Shown here: piece after piece, positions 1-10,506 of the stretch
Numbering within the stretch: the stretch's first letter is position 1
Layout: each line of letters opens with the position of its first letter
DNA from: Ginkgo biloba
Lineage: Eukaryota > Plantae > Ginkgophyta
NCBI GenBank assembly: GCA_024626585.2
Contig: JANKJI020000002.1
Coordinates: forward strand, 155,516,976-155,540,268
Direction of reading: 5' to 3'
DNA length: 23,293 nt
Notes under the pieces: generated by a model
What the model was told of the DNA's origin: nothing
Seen by the model: only the letters and a program-made list of their open reading frames with translations
Database searches by the model: none
Program-made: the position numbers and the translations under genes

Positions 1-1175
1 AGTTTTAACAATATATTTTATATGAAATCAATTCTCTAAAGTTCAAAACTCATCCCAATTTAACATTTAGAGAGGAGATAAAAATATAAGAAGTAACCTA
101 AATGTGTTTGGAATATAAGCAGACAAAATTTTAAATTGAATATACTTCTCAAATAGAAATGAGTTAGGATCTAAAATATTGATAGTATTTATAAGACACA
201 TCAAAATATTTGCGATCCNNNNNNNNNNNNNNNNNNNNNNNNNNNNNNNNNAGATTTATAATCTGAATAAGTTGGACCTAATTCAGCGCCATTTTGGAAA
301 AAAAAGTAAACTTCGTATTTGACAAATTTGGGCTTTGAATCCAATATTACTAATATATGGTCAATTCAAATCAAGCAATAACTCCCATGAATCTAGTATA
401 GATGTATGGGAGTCTTATGATAGGTTATGTGGATAAGTTATGTAAGGAAATTAAAGTAGTATAAGATAAAGTAACATAGGAAGGGCATATTTCTACCCAC
501 CTAATTTATCAACACTTCTTAATGAGTAGTACTCAAGGTTGTAGTAAGTCTAGTGCCATGCAATTAGTTTTATGGCGACTCTTTGTTTCATTTTACCTTC
601 CATTATGAGTAATGGATGCCCATACACTTTTCTAATAGGTAGAAAGCTCCATTAGAATGATTTAACAAGGACCATGAGTATGTGACTTTAATCCAATAAT
701 AAAAGCCTCACTAAATCTAGCAAGCAATATAAATTCACCTATCCTCTAACATGTGAATTCCTCTTAGATTATAAGATAATGCACACACCAAGCTTAAAGA
801 TGGTAAGTCAAGCAAATCCCTCACTTAGCCCAATTAGAAATAGTATGTGCAATGCTCTATCAAATGTGCATCCAAGGAAGCTATTGAGCCATCAAGCATT
901 TGTAGCAAATTGGAGCTATTCTATACACAATGATCGCCATCTTCTCCTACTCTATTTCTCTTCCAAAGGTGAGAGAGATTATTATCCTAATCTTGATTAT
1001 ATTTCAAGAAATGGGGCAAATGAGGAATGATCCAAAAAGTAGAAATATTTCAAATAATGAAGATTAGGAGTTAAACATGTGCCCATTAAGATAAGTAACC
1101 CTTTACATTAGTATAAGTGAGAACCATATAGAACAATAATGTTATCACAATAAATTAATGAGTGAAAAATAGAAT

Positions 1176-1860
1176 TGTGACACATCAAGTCATCCTTGCA
1201 TAGGTCACAATGGACCCCATTGTGCTTAGAGCCAACTAGATGACGTGTGTGACTCCAACTATCAATGAAGAGATTATGAATTTGCTAGAAGAATGAAACC
1301 AATCAATAATGGCATGTGGATGAGGAAGTGAGAGACCATCTATTAGTGAGAACAAATCCATGCTTATATCCACATGAAGATGAAGAGGTCATGAAAGGAA
1401 CCTCACAATGTGTCCATAGGACACCACTAGTTGACGTCAGACAGGACACACCGCTTGGAAACCTATATAAGGAGGCTTAGGTATGACACATTTACTCATT
1501 CCTCATTACTTGTTATGTGCCATCTTCTGGTCCAAAATGTTTTCTACATATTTTGCTTCTTCTAGAAGGTGTAGAAATCTGCTCCTAGTCTTCTACTAGC
1601 TTGGCGAATTGTTGCTCCTTATTTCGTGCGACCTTTGGAGGGATTTTGTTGCTGCAGAAACCACCTACTGCTACTGGAGCTGAAGGTGAACCTCTTCGGT
1701 GGTGTTTTGAAGTTGTTGAAGCTATTGAAGACATTGGAGAAGGGCTATCTTGTGCCAAATTACTGTCGGAGAGGTTACTTGTTACAACTTACAGCCCATA
1801 ATAGTAAGGTTACTTTGTTAATTGTAACTAAAGCTAAGGTTTCTCTGGAAGCTAGAACAT
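1176..1860 (+). mobile_element. Possible LTR-like segment with TATA box; boundaries uncertain
   Basis: CCTATATAAGGAGG (TATATAA at 1464-1470) followed by a pyrimidine-rich tract, a layout typical of plant LTR U3/R. No credible protein. Termini and PBS not identified. Confidence 0.3.
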
Positions 1861-2037
1861 GTATTTAGAGTTCTTGTTGAGCGCTGCTAAAAGGGTCATT
1901 AAGAGAGAGAAAGGTAACAAGNNNNNNNNNNNNNNNNNNNNNNNNNNNNNNNNNNNNNNNNNNNNNNNNNNNNNNNNNNNNNNNNNNNNNNNNNNNNNNN
2001 NNNNNNNNNNNNNNNNNNNNNCTCAAATAGATTTGAA

Positions 2038-2337
2038 ATGGACAATGTCCCTATTATTGTTGATGTTGGCGCTTGCGACCTAGGAAATTTAGAGAAGTCA
2101 ACACTAATTGGTGAATTAGATTCAATTGAGACAAAAAAACTAGAAGATATGTTTGTGCATAAAATAGTAACATCCCAGAAGAAAATTGTCTTAAATTCTT
2201 CAGATGAGAAGAGACCTCCAAAGACTTGGAAATCAGCAGTTATAAAAAAACCTTTTAAAGGAGAAGCCATAAATAGCTCTAGTAAAAATAAAAATACGAA
2301 AGCAATCAAAACCAAGGGTAGAACTTTGAAAAAATGA
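2038..2337 (+). pseudogene. Probable C-terminal part of LINE ORF1 (Lys-rich tail)
   Basis: 99-aa open frame with a basic tail (KNKNTKAIKTKGRTLKK). Its TGA (2335-2337) overlaps the ATG (2334) of the LINE endonuclease. Identity is inferred from position only. Confidence 0.5.
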
Positions 2338-2620
2338 AGCTAATATCATGGAACATTAAAGGTTTGGAGGCGTATGATTGTTAGGTGGTGGTTATAATGT
2401 TTAAAAATAACAAGGGGGATATGGATGCCTTGTTGCTTCAAGAGGTTAAAGTTTTAGGTTCAAGATTATAATTTTCTCTAAAATTTATTTGGAAAGAGGC
2501 TTGGATCTTAACATCTTCACACGAAGAAGATAAAGGGTGTGTGGCTCTTTTGCTAGCACCATATTGGATAGATTAAATAATTTCTTTTGGGGAATCCCCC
2601 TTCCATAGATATTTTAGGCT
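2334..2620 (+). mobile_element. LINE (L1-like) ORF2 N-terminus, APE-type endonuclease, degenerate and 3'-truncated
   Basis: Manual translation: MKLISWNIKGLEAYDC*...DMDALLLQEVKV...*FSLKFIW...HEEDKGCVALLL. Matches the SWNxxGL, DxxxLQE and GGVAxL motifs of LINE APE domains. Three in-frame stops. Confidence 0.85.
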
Positions 2621-2880
2621 GTCACATGAATCATTTGGTTCACATATTTTCTGTTAAAAAATGGCCACTACTTTAGACAAAAGAATAATAAATAAGGTAT
2701 TGGAGAAAGATTGTAACAGATCCTGTCTCTTACCAAGAATTCTGCCATGGAATTACGTGTTCATATGAATGGCACATTCTGTTTCTCACCTCAATGTCGG
2801 TCATTCGATTACATTTTGACGCTCACTGAAATTATATAATTGTCCATTTGGACTGATAAAATTGAAAGACAACGACTCAC

Positions 2881-3021
2881 CGATGATGAAGAGAGAAGCC
2901 TTCCATCCCCCGGTTGCTGGTCTGAGAACAGGCCTTCCCTTGATGTCGACAGACCCATCATTGACCATCTCTTGATCATCAAGTTCCTCTGATCTCTTCC
3001 AGAACTCCACCCATTCCTTCC
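2881..3021 (-). CDS. First coding exon (fragment) of an NPF/NRT1-PTR nitrate/peptide transporter; may be a pseudogene
   Basis: DGSVDIKGRPVLRPATGGWKASLFII(G) is the characteristic NPF N-terminus just before the ExxER motif. It ends at a consensus donor G|GTGAGT (2881|2880), the usual first-intron position. In-frame ATGs at 2968 and 3037 (the latter lies in integrase-derived DNA). Exon 2 not found in the window. Confidence 0.8.
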
Positions 3022-6000
3022 AATACAAAAATCCCATAATACCAAAAATAACTTTTTAGCCTAATCATTTCTTCCAACATTACAAATCTTTGTCAGCACT
3101 TGTTTCAAAATTTTATTCATACTTTTTAGCGAGGTCGTTTGCTCGAGGGTAGTATCGTGATGATTTTCAATGAACAATCATAAGTTTTTTGGTTAGATGC
3201 TTAATTATTTGATTAAGAAAGGTTGGCCCTTGATCACTCACTCTTTCTATGGGATAGCCAAAATGGGTGATGATCATTTCATAAATGAATCCAACCATGC
3301 TTTTTGCATCACAATTTTGATGAGCTCTCGCATCAACCCATTTGGTGACATCATCTGTAGCAACCAATATATAACGAGCTTGTGTATGTTATGCTAGAGG
3401 GCTTATTGGCCCTATGAAGTCCAAACCCCACTTCTCAGAAAGACATTGAGCTAGGATAGGATGAAGGGGTTGATGGTGGGTTTCATGTGGTTTGCCTACA
3501 GGACAAACATCACAACTTTTGGCCCACTCTTTGCCATCCTTAAATAGAGTTGGCCACCACAATCCGACGAACAAGATCTTACGAGTTGTTCCATCTCATC
3601 TTAAGTGTCTGCCAGCAGTTCCTTCATGGGATTCTTGAATTAAGGACAAAATCTCATGTTCCACAACACAACGATGTAACACAAGATATAGTCCTCAATC
3701 AATTGGTATGGATCCACTTTATGTGGTAGATTATGCCATTCATTTTGATCCAAATGAGGGGGCATGTTTCTTGTAGATAAGTATTTGATGATATCTCCAT
3801 ACCAATTAGGAACAACGAAGACTTCGAAGAGGTTTGCATCAAGAAAATCATCTTGGACACCAGTGGCTTCATCTCTTGTATCTATTCTTGCCAGCTATTC
3901 GAGCACATTATGGCATGCACCTGGTTTGACTACTATTGTGAATTTGAACTCTTGGAACAATAATAACCACCAACTAATACATCCTTAATGGATTGGTTTG
4001 TTTATGAGGTAGAGCAATGCTTGATGATCCACAAAGAATGTAAAGTGTGTAGCCAATAAGCAATGACAAATTTTTTTAAGGGAGTATGCCATTCTTAGCC
4101 CTTTTCGTTCCATAACTATGTAATTCCATTTGGCATAAGACAACTTGCAGATGGAAAAATATATTGGGTGATTGATATTTGCGTCACCTGGTTGTGCAAG
4201 CACGCTCCCAATGGTATTAAGCAATGCATCAACATGGACATGAAATCCTTACTCCAATATAGAAACCATAGGATCGACACATTTACCACCTTTTCTTTTA
4301 GAGCCTCGAATGATAATTGGGGCTCTAATGTCCATGCAAACATGGAATTCTTCTTTAAAATTCATACCAATGGTGCTAAAATGTGTGCATAGTTACGAAT
4401 GAAATGAAAATAATATCCAATAAGACCAAGGAATCCTTTGAGTTACTCCATTGTAATTGGTGCTAGAAATCCTAGTATCAAAGTAACCATAGTATTTTTT
4501 ATAGATCAATTAGCAACCCTTACTTTGTGACAATCTATCTGAGCTAGTTTCCGAAGGGTACCATGAACTAACTTTTTTCAAGTTTAAGGCATAATCGACT
4601 TTCAAAGCAGACTTGTAACATTTCTCAAATCAGTAAGGTGACCACTAAGCAACGAATACAGTGTCCAATCATCAAGAAAAACTTCAACATTTTCAATGAT
4701 CATCTTTTTGAAAATATTAAGGATCCTTCTTTTAAACATGGCAATAGCATTAGTTAATCTGAGAGGCATAACTCTATAAGCTTACGTCCCCCATTTGGTA
4801 AGAAAAGTGGTCTTGAGTTGGTCTTTGGGTGCAATACTGACTTGGTTGTATCCGCTAAACCCATTGGTGAAAGAATATAGCTCATGACTAGCAACTTGTT
4901 CTAANNNNNNNNNNNNNNNNNNNNNNNNNNNNNNNNNNNNNNNNNNNNNNNNNNNNNNNNNNNNNNNNNNNNNNNNNNNNNNNNNNNNNNNNNNNNNNNN
5001 NNNNNNNNNNNNNNNNNNNNNNNNNGGCCCACTCTATTATCAACTTCATATATATACCTACATCCATCCATTTTATCAATTTCTACCTTTACTTGTTCTT
5101 TATACTAATGATTCATTCAATATGGCCTTTGACATTTGGGTTTGGTACCTTCAACAAGTTCAATGTGGTGTTTGCCCCAAATCCTTATAAGACCAAGCGA
5201 AAGCATCATGTTATTCTTGGAATAACACGGTGGCCTCATGACAATAGGCACATCCCAATAATCACCCACCGTGATATGTCATGGGTCTGCCTCTGTTCCG
5301 ACATTGATCTTCTGAGTCTTGAGGCTTTCGAAGTGAACAACCTTCTTGTTAGGGGTTAGTGTGTGTGTCGATTTATTATCGATTTGTCATTTGCCATATT
5401 CCTCATTCAAGAATCTCTCCAAATAGTGAGACTAAATATTCAGTCTTGTTACTAGATCATTAGGTGGAATGATAAGTTCCAGTCATTGTCCATCTTTTGA
5501 ATGAGAATCACTGACAGTTGATATGTTGTAACAATGAAGATCATGTATCTTTTGTAAGGTGTTGGAAGCAACCTTATGTGTTTTAGGATTAAACTTGGCC
5601 ACGGAATTCCTTTGCACTTCGCTCTACAAAATTTTCCATAATGTCTCTTATTGACAATGTCATTCACAATGGGTTGTGGCAAGCAAGTGTGCCCATCGAT
5701 GGAGCCATTCTTCCCATGGTACACTATGATTTTTCCCTATTTGTTTGCATGCTTTAATATGGATGTCAAGTAGGGTTTGTGATTGATAAATTGGTAATGA
5801 CGACTACTGGTATGTGCACAAATCAAAGTTCGAAACAACATCATAGGTGTGATTAATCACGAAAATTATTGCAATGTGAGAGATACCAATTAAAAGTAGG
5901 TCCTTCCAATGTAACTGGAAACATTGTTAACCACTTCTATTGTTTCCCAAAAGTGATTGTTCATCCATATTTTGATATAAGAAAATACATGTTCAGTATT

Positions 6001-6337
6001 GTTTGAACTACTAGAGTATTTTGAAATGATTTGCATTACTTCGATAAAGGGATTCTTGGAGACATCTGCAAAAGCAATTTCATCTTCAACTTCTTCATCA
6101 CTAGATTCCCCATCATCGGACAAAATTTCTACGTAATCTTATTTGTTGGTAATAAGTCACTCATTGTATATGATGCTAGTATAATAACAACTATGTGGTG
6201 CAGAAGCTTTGTACGCCTCCTATAGCCAATGAAGCATGTGTTCAGACATGGAATTGTTGTTGTCTATGTGAATTTCACCATGCTTATTGGGCTTGTGTTG
6301 ATCGCCTATGATCATGAGCAGGTCTTGAATTACTTGA
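3022..6337 (-). mobile_element. Degenerate Ty3/Gypsy pol (linker-RT-RNase H-integrase), non-chromoviral Athila/Tat-like
   Basis: Motifs in order on the minus strand: INVGTEADP..GDYWD, FAWSYKDL, QRPY*MN (5026-5330); YSFTNGFSGYNQV, YRVMP..LTNA, FLDD (4668-4679); RNase H IGSVLAQ, FVDHQALLYL, WWLLLFQEF; integrase H..H/WWPTLFKD..CDVC, WGLDFIGP, VSDQGPTF, YYPRAN..MNKILKQVLTKIC..RND*AKKL..VLW. Many stops and frameshifts, one gap. The 5330-6337 part is assigned by continuity only. Confidence 0.9.
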
Positions 6338-6726
6338 NNNNNNNNNNNNNNNNNNNNNNNNNNNNNNNNNNNNNNNNNNNNNNNNNNNNNNNNNNNNNNN
6401 NNNNNNNNNNNNNNNNNNNNNNNNNNNNNNNNNNNNNTTCATTTGAATCCTAAATTCTTGAGATCTTGTTTTTACAATGAGTCCCTTCTAGCCCTTGCTC
6501 CATGTCCATTTCATTCTAGAACGAATTACACTGTAATGAATACGGCTTGATTGGTGTCGATATCTTTTGAATTCAGTTCCCTACTGTAATTGGTATTGTA
6601 TCTATAAATTCTTTCGAGGCTACTAGACTAAGCGCTTTAGGTGAATTATCATCATTAGTTGTCAAATTCTCACTTTCAGCCGAGGGATCTTTGTTAGCCT
6701 TGGTATTCAACACTGAGCTTTCTTCT

Positions 6727-7700
6727 TGTAACAAGCCGCTTACCTACTAAACAATAAAGACATAAGAGAATATAAATAAATAAACTAAAAATCATGACAT
6801 TAATATAAAAATAACTAACCATCATATTTTTAACAATCAACATTTATGTTAGTTCATGTTTTGTTAGTAAGTCAATAAGAAAGGACTATTAAGAGGAAAG
6901 GGATTGCAATGCATGTTCCAACACCACTTGTTGGCCATGGGGACCGCCTNNNNNNNNNNNNNNNNNNNNNNNNNNNNNGCCCTTAGCGGCTATTACCAAT
7001 CCACTAGAGCCCACCCCTCAATCCCGCACTAGAGGAGGATGCCAAGGGTAGGCCAAAAAACTCTCGTTGGCATCATAAATTGCCTCTCAACAAAGAGAAC
7101 TATTCACCCCTTAGTGATAGTTATCGTTTCGATTCAAAACCTTAGGTCTACAACAATAGCCCTAGACCAGAAACCCCCTACCAATATGGCTGCAACAATA
7201 GACTACACCCCTAATGACTACACCAATAGTCATTAGTCCTGTAGCTACACCAATAGCTACAATTGATAGAATTGAGCTTAGGAATCCGTGTATCTCTCTT
7301 GGCAAACCACTATCATTAAAGCCAAAGACATCCGTGAATGGGCCAATAGATGCCTCCAATAGAGGCACCCTGTTCGAGGGCATCAAACTGTCCCCTAAAT
7401 GGTCTCAACATGGTACATTAATTTCCCTAGGTCAAGTCACTAGGGTTTTCAAGTAAATAGGGTAGAAAGTAATTCTGAAAATAAACATCCATAATAATGT
7501 AAATTAAGTATGCTAAATTTTTAATTAGACCCTGTGACTAAGGTTGCCTTACCCAAAGGTTTCTATTTCATCCATTAACTGGGCACAAAACCTATAAAAA
7601 CTATGATGCTAAATTAAAAAAAAAAATTATGCATAAAATGCCACAAACTATCCATATAGTAGTTTAGAATTATAAATAAATAATTCTAGGTAGAGTTTAT
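6727..7700 (-). mobile_element. LTR (3' or solo), shared-module copy 1; 5' boundary unknown
   Basis: Homologous to 20013-20467: identical 16-mer GCGGGATTGAGGGGTG (7027-7012 vs 20085-20100) and AGGCGGTC(C/A)CCATGGCCAA (6949-6931 vs 20189-20207). Ends ...GTAAGCGGCTTGTTACA at 6727 with no PBS after it. Confidence 0.7.
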
Positions 7701-8569
7701 GCTTACAATCTGTAAGACTTATCCGGAAGAACTAATGCAAGATGAATTTGATAACAAGTATAATCTATATGATGTCACCTATAGGGCCCCAAAGTACAAC
7801 GACTANNNNNNNNNNNNNNNNNNNNNNNNNNNNNNNNNNNNNNNNNNNNNNNNNNNNNNNNNNNNNNNNNNNNNNNNNNNNNNNNNNNNNNNNNNNNNNN
7901 NNNNNNNNNNNNNNNNNNNNNNNNNNNNNNNGTATTTAGAAAAGATAATTTGACCTCTCCAATGAAGTCTCTTCTACTAAAAAACCTGATATGGGCTATC
8001 TCTCCTAGTGAAAGTTTATGAAAACACTTCAGAAAGAAAATTCTCCAACATCCAACATGGAGAAAAAGACAGTGCCTAAGAATAGTGACTTCTAGGAAGA
8101 GGTTTCTTCAACCATTATAACACTATTAGATAGTTAGATTAGAGTTTCCTTCACAAGNNNNNNNNNNNNNNNNNNNNNNNNNNNNNNNNNNNNNNNNNNN
8201 NNNNNNNNNNNNNNNNNNNNNNNNNNNNNNNNNNNNNNNNNNNNNNNNNNNNNNNNNCAAGGGGTGGAGCCAATGTTTGGGGCTGACGATGAGCCTTTAT
8301 GGCACCGGAGGTTTGGCTGGTAGCTATGGTGAAGCCCTCTAGGGGGTCCTCTTAGACGGCAGTGGGAATACTCTACTTATTGTTAACACCTAACCTTATT
8401 AATCCTACCTTGGAGTCTGTCTATTGCATGAATCATTCACAATACATTTTGTCTTATGTATTCTGATATTATGGCAATTATTTATTTAGATTANNNNNNN
8501 NNNTTCATGTTATTATTTCAATTGCATTTGGTTATTATTATGTGGATTAGTTGCAGACTTAAGACGAGA

Positions 8570-9736
8570 GTGTCAGTCAAAGGAGCAATCAATTTAGAGA
8601 ACTTTAAAACATTTTTTTCATAAAAACTTGCAATGCCAAGAAAGCTCCTTACCCCATGCACACTTGCTGGTGTATTCCACTCTTTGATGACCTTTATCTT
8701 CTTCAAATCCATAAAAATCCCCTCGGCTAAAACTATATGACTGAGGTGCTCTTGGAAGAAATCACATTTGGAGAGATTTGGATATATATTTTCTCTCCTA
8801 AGGGCATCTAATACCTGTGGGAAATGCTCTTGATGCTTGTCCCTTGATTTGCTGAAAATCAATGTCATCCATAAATACTACTACAAACCTGCCCAAGAAT
8901 GGATTGAGCACATTATTCATTAGCCTCATAAAGGTGGTAGGGGCATTTGTCAGGCCAAAGGGCATCGCCAAATACTCATAGTGCCCATCTCCGGTAGTAA
9001 AAGACATTTTCTCAATGTCCTTTGGGTGGATCTTTATTTGATAGTAGCCATTTCATAAATCAATCTTTGAAAAGAAAGTGGCTCCTCTNNNNNNNNNNNN
9101 NNNNNNNNNNNNNNNNNNNNNNNNNNNNNNNNNNNNNNNNNNNNNNNNNNNNNNNNNNNNNNNNCATCCTTTTTCTTCACTAACAACACTAGTGCACCAT
9201 ACGGAGATTTTGAGGGTTTAATGAAGCCTTGATCCAATAAATCCTAAATTTGTTTTTCCACCTCTTCCTTTTTTCGAATGGCTCAACTTGTAAGGTAATT
9301 GGTAGATAGGTTAGGATCCCTCTTCAAGTTTAATCGAGTGATCAACTTCCCTTTCAACTAGCAATTGCTTAGGTAACTCATCAGGGAAGACATCACTATA
9401 CTCCTCTAACAACTAGGTCNNNNNNNNNNAAGAAATTTCCTTCTTCTTTTCTACTTGGCTTACTACTCTCAAGAATAGCCCAAAAGTTCTACTGCTAAAC
9501 TTTATGGCTACTCTTTTCAACTACACTACTAAAACCAAAGGAATCTAGTTAGGCACCTTATCACTAAATTGTTTCAGTTTCTTACCTTTATGGAAGTGTA
9601 GTATATGGTCCTGAAGCAAAATGTGGATGTCATACTGCTAAAGCCATTTCTGTCCCAAAATGGCATCATAATGGCCAATCTTCATGATATCAAAATCTAG
9701 CAAGTCTTTATAATCCTAAATAACCACTAGTACCTT
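8570..9736 (-). mobile_element. Degenerate Ty3/Gypsy pol, chromovirus-like (protease C-terminus and RT)
   Basis: YDAILGQKWL; DQGFIKPSKSPYGALVLLVKKKD; GYYQIKI; [32 protein letters not shown]; SKCDF; W.TP.SV..VRSFLG. Truncated after LIAPLTD at about 8570. Confidence 0.92.
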
Positions 9737-9856
9737 TGCCACAAATTCTTCCCAAGNNNNNNNNNNNNNNNNNNNNNNNNNNNNNNNNNNNNNNNNNNNN
9801 NNNNNNNNNNNNNNNNNNNNNNNNNNNNNNNNNNNNNNNNNNNNNNNNNNNNNNNN

Positions 9857-10018
9857 CGTATGTTGTGCATCTATGATTTTTGAACAAGGCACAAACACTA
9901 CCATTTTAGAAAATCTACAAACTACAAAAAAAATGCAATCATGTTTGCCTTGCATCATTGGAAGTACACTAATGAAATCCATGGAGATGGATTCCCAAGG
10001 ACAAGAAGGAACTATAAG
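9857..10018 (-). mobile_element. Gypsy (chromovirus-like) integrase core fragment
   Basis: LIVPSCPWESISMDFISVLP..GKHDCIFFVVCRFSKMVVFVPC matches the PWESISMDF / VVDRFSKM integrase motifs. Confidence 0.88.
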
Positions 10019-10467
10019 TGTTACAAGCATGAAATTGCTAAAACGAAGAAATAAGGAAGAAAGCATGATTCAACATAAAGAAAAGAAACAGAAATGCAAA
10101 CCTGAGTGTTTCTGAAAGATGATGCATGTTGAAGAAGGCTTGCTGGACAGTGGATTTCTAATGTTTTCATCATGTAATGTCACTTAAATATTATGTCAGT
10201 GTATAATGAGTATTTAGGTAGGCGGTTGGCAATTGGGCTACCCAACGACCTCTGCCACCTATATATACATATGTATGTTACCGATCTAGGATATCGAAGA
10301 ATAGAGAAGATAGACATTGGATGTAATGCTTAGGGCAGTCCCAGGTTCGGGACTACCCCTCTTCTTAATGGAGATTCTCGTTCTCATTTCTCTATGCGTC
10401 TCTCACGAATGGTTTCATATACTAGTCTATGGTTGTGTGATCGCCTGTTGGCAAACCCATGCCAACA
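10019..10467 (+). mobile_element. 5' LTR (about 449 bp) of a retrotransposon inserted into the integrase fragment
   Basis: TGTT...AACA termini, internal CCTATATATA (about 10258-10267), and a PBS 2 nt downstream. The start coincides with the point where integrase similarity stops. Confidence 0.72.
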
Positions 10468-10469
10468 TT

Positions 10470-10481
10470 TGGCGCCGCTGC
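10470..10481 (+). promoter_or_regulatory. Primer-binding site, tRNA-Asp type (Athila-like)
   Basis: CA-TT-TGGCGCCGCTGC is an 11/12 match to TGGCGCCGTTGC, the complement of the plant tRNA-Asp 3' end used by Athila elements. Confidence 0.75.
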
Positions 10482-10506
10482 GAGTGTCGGATTTGAAGTC
10501 GTATGC

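Noticed and set aside
540-760. Possible Gypsy integrase C-terminal (GPY/F-like) relic on the minus strand (HGP..NGAFYL..ITHNG)
   Set aside because: Needs several frameshifts; too decayed to call by eye.
2790-2826. Candidate NPF exon 2 after TTTCAG at 2826
   Set aside because: The intron would be only 55 nt, and the translation (VSVKM*) lacks ExxER and stops immediately.
5452-5724. Separate accessory ORF containing GIPWPSLIL
   Set aside because: Weak resemblance only. An alternative frame reads as the decayed pol linker, so this cannot be resolved by eye.
7039-7456. Hydrophobic ORFs 7162-7386 and 7214-7456 (also 14412-14697 and 20016-20207) as membrane or env-like proteins
   Set aside because: They lie in the LTR module. 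Homologous copies differ by indels and do not keep a common reading frame.
8281-8300. Hammerhead (retrozyme) core CTGACGA, also at 11747 and CTGATGA near 11700 (minus)
   Set aside because: No stem II followed by GAAA and no matching NUH geometry.
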